A stretch of 62,749 nucleotides of DNA, the filler included, from Candidatus Woesearchaeota archaeon (GTDB lineage Archaea > Nanobdellota > Nanobdellia > Woesearchaeales > GCA-2687795), in the NCBI GenBank assembly GCA_030753365.1. It is 5 parts of 5 records of this genome, joined end to end, with 100 filler letters (N's around TTAATTAATTAA, not from the genome) between each part and the next. Parts side by side here need not be neighbours in the genome. Positions count along the whole stretch, not along the records: positions 58,099 to 62,749 come from JASMCJ010000070.1; 4 more parts are not named here. One strand, written 5' to 3'. Each line of letters opens with the position of its first letter. Position 1 is the first letter of the stretch. This document shows positions 60,552 to 62,749 of this stretch, in pieces. The position numbers and the translations under genes are program-made. Below the pieces are notes generated by a model. It ran no database searches. It was not told the origin of the DNA and worked only from the letters and a program-made list of their open reading frames with translations.

Positions 60552-61650
60552 CCCCAATAAGATTATTTCTCCCAAGAAAACTCTTAATCCTTTTCAACAC
60601 TTTAACATCAATCAAAATCCTCAACTTCTCCTTATCCACATCCATCAACCCCTTCCCAACATCAAACCTCTCTTCAATCTTCCTCTTCACTCCCTCTAAT
60701 TCTTTAACGGTCTTCTCCTTATCAGCGTTCTCAAGCTTTCTTCTATAACCAGTTGACGGCACCAACCTCTTAAGATAAACAGCTCCTCTAACCAGCATCC
60801 CTTCGTCAGTAACCTTATCAAACTTTCTCTTAACACCTCTTGCCCTCTTTTTAATCCTCTCAGCCAATTGTATCTTATCCTTCAATTTAGAAGAACAGTA
60901 ATGCGCATCTAGATTAGTATGCCTAGAACAATACTCCAACAACTCCTTTGCAAGCTTCTCACTCCCTTTAACCGCATAAGAAACACAATCCTTTGTAGAA
61001 AATCCAAGCTTCACAAGCTTATTCACCTTATTATCAGCAACCTCAAGCTCATTAAGATTAATAAAATCAACATTATTCTTAATAAAATCAACCAACTTAA
61101 AAATCTCCTTCTCCTTTCCAGGAACAACCGGAATCTCCACACCCACATCCCAGTCAAATCTCTTGGCAAACTTCATATTCTCCCACAGTTTAGAATCATC
61201 AAAGTTAGGATGAAACCTAATCTCATCCAATCCAGCCTTAAACAACTTCTCCAGCCTTTCATCATTCACAAGCACAAGCGGAGTATAAAGATGCACATGA
61301 AACCTCTTCCCAAACTCTTTCTTAACAAATTTGATATACTTCACACACCTCTCAACATTCATAAGAGGATCCCCTCCAGTAATCCCCATCCCTTTAGAAG
61401 AGCACAACTTAACCTCAGTAACCAAATCCTTAAAAGACCTAGTCTGCCATTCATTAACATAAACAACATCTCTTCCTAGCTTTCTGTCAGAAACCGGGCA
61501 GAAATAACAATAAGGTTTCCTTGAGCACAACCCTGTAACAAACAGCACAGTCTTCTCTCCTTTAACACAAAGCTGACATCCTTTAGGCAGTTTGCCAATC
61601 CTATAAGAATAGTAAGGCGTTTTATTTATTTTTCTCAAAATCTTCACCAC
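60487..61650 (-). CDS. Uncharacterised archaeal radical SAM protein
   Basis: GCQLC..G.K.VLFVTGLC..CYFCP, ITGGDP, LDEIRFH. Confidence 0.85.
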   Translation of the reverse strand: MVKILRKINKTPYYSYRIGKLPKGCQLCVKGEKTVLFVTGLCSRKPYCYFCPVSDRKLGRDVVYVNEWQTRSFKDLVTEVKLCSSKGMGITGGDPLMNVERCVKYIKFVKKEFGKRFHVHLYTPLVLVNDERLEKLFKAGLDEIRFHPNFDDSKLWENMKFAKRFDWDVGVEIPVVPGKEKEIFKLVDFIKNNVDFINLNELEVADNKVNKLVKLGFSTKDCVSYAVKGSEKLAKELLEYCSRHTNLDAHYCSSKLKDKIQLAERIKKRARGVKRKFDKVTDEGMLVRGAVYLKRLVPSTGYRRKLENADKEKTVKELEGVKRKIEERFDVGKGLMDVDKEKLRILIDVKVLKRIKSFLGRNNLIGAIVEEYPTHDQTEIEIEFLSS

Positions 61651-62732
61651 TTTTTCAAAAACTCTCTCTTAAACTCATTAAACTTTCCTTCTTTTATAGC
61701 TATCCTAATCTTCTCCATCAACCTCTGCAGAAAATACAGGTTATGATACGTAGTATACCTCATATAAACATGCTCATTAATCCTCATCAAATAATTAATA
61801 TACGCCCTTGAAAACCTCTTGCAAACATAACAATCACAATCCTCATCCAAAGGCTTCTTATCAAACTTATAACCACTATTCCTAATCCTCAACCTGCCTT
61901 TCCATGTAAAAATAGTGCCATGCCTTGCATTCTGTGTAGGATAAATACTATCAAAGATGTCAACACCTCTACTCACACTCTCAACAATATCTTCAGGTTT
62001 CCCAACACCCATCAAATACCTTGGTTTACTCTCATCAATATTCTTAATAGAACACTCCAGCATTTTATGCATAACATCCGTTGGTTCTCCTATCCTCAAC
62101 CCACCAATAGCAATCCCATCAAGCTCTAACCCATTAATAAACTTAGCAGACTCCTCCCTCAACTTCTCAGAAAACCCTCCCTGACTAATCCCAAACAACA
62201 ACTGCTTCTTATTCTTATGAGCCTTAATACTCTCTTCAGCCCATTTATGTGTCCTTTCCATACACGCTTTAGTATCATCAAAACTGCTTCCATACTCAGC
62301 AACATCATCAAGCACCATAGCAACATCAGAACCCACTCTGCTTTCAATATCCATAATCATCTCAGGCGTCAACAAAATCTTCCTCCCATCAAAAGGGGAC
62401 TTAAAAAGAATCCCATCATCACTAGTCTTAATAATAAAAGACTCCCTCAAAATCTGAAACCCTCCACAATCAGTAAAAATAGTACCTTTAAACTTCATAA
62501 ACTTATGAATTCCCTTAAACTTCTCAATAACATCCAATCCCTTAGAAAGATAAAGCACAAACGCATTAGAAATAATAGCCTTAGCTTTCATCCTCTCCAA
62601 ATCTTCAGAGCTGGCATGCTTAACCGTAGCCTTAGTAGCCACAGGCATAAAAAAAGGAGTCTCAACACTCCTATGAGCAGTCTTTAATATTCCAACCCTT
62701 GCATTCTTATCTTTGTGTGATATTTTGAACAT
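61644..62732 (-). CDS. tgt: tRNA-guanine transglycosylase, bacterial/queuine-type length
   Basis: TPFFMPVAT, DCGGFQ, QGG, PRYLMGVG, CDCYVC..HN; no archaeal C-terminal PUA extension. Confidence 0.92.
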   Translation of the reverse strand: MFKISHKDKNARVGILKTAHRSVETPFFMPVATKATVKHASSEDLERMKAKAIISNAFVLYLSKGLDVIEKFKGIHKFMKFKGTIFTDCGGFQILRESFIIKTSDDGILFKSPFDGRKILLTPEMIMDIESRVGSDVAMVLDDVAEYGSSFDDTKACMERTHKWAEESIKAHKNKKQLLFGISQGGFSEKLREESAKFINGLELDGIAIGGLRIGEPTDVMHKMLECSIKNIDESKPRYLMGVGKPEDIVESVSRGVDIFDSIYPTQNARHGTIFTWKGRLRIRNSGYKFDKKPLDEDCDCYVCKRFSRAYINYLMRINEHVYMRYTTYHNLYFLQRLMEKIRIAIKEGKFNEFKREFLKKW

Positions 62733-62749
62733 AATTGATAGAAATAATG

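Noticed and set aside
52898..62749. Strong G-poor skew on the + strand
   Set aside because: Probably replication-strand bias; not interpretable across artificially joined contigs

Overview
AT-rich archaeal DNA, most likely a DPANN lineage such as Woesearchaeota. This is inferred from archaeal Spt5, SecE, aIF5B, PAC2, Nip7-like and RpoL genes and BHB-intron tRNAs, mixed with bacterial-type TGT, RpiB, transaldolase and ACP. The window is five contigs joined by four artificial 100-bp N/TTAATTAATTAA/N linkers (26621-26720, 38878-38977, 51060-51159, 57999-58098), so adjacency across the linkers is unproven. It holds two giant surface proteins, toxin-antitoxin and Fic modules, an IS481 element, a membrane pyrophosphatase and housekeeping genes. 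The most notable items are: (1) a membrane-anchored protein carrying an apparently intact peptidoglycan amidase (Amidase_2) domain, next to a paralogous lipoprotein; (2) a Tat-signal AmmeMemoRadiSAM enzyme clustered with tatA/tatC, a membrane Fe-S protein, a membrane/spermidine-synthase-like fusion and AMMECR1; (3) a tRNA-Leu(UAA) with three BHB introns (8/9, 30/31, 37/38) and a 7-nt anticodon exon, beside a two-intron tRNA-Ser; (4) two identical copies of a 102-bp double-hairpin element, one disrupting a LAGLIDADG gene; (5) a Fic gene bracketed by paired palindromes and direct repeats; (6) an AsnRS frameshifted at an (AG)7 tract. All calls come from reading motifs by eye; no database searches were run.
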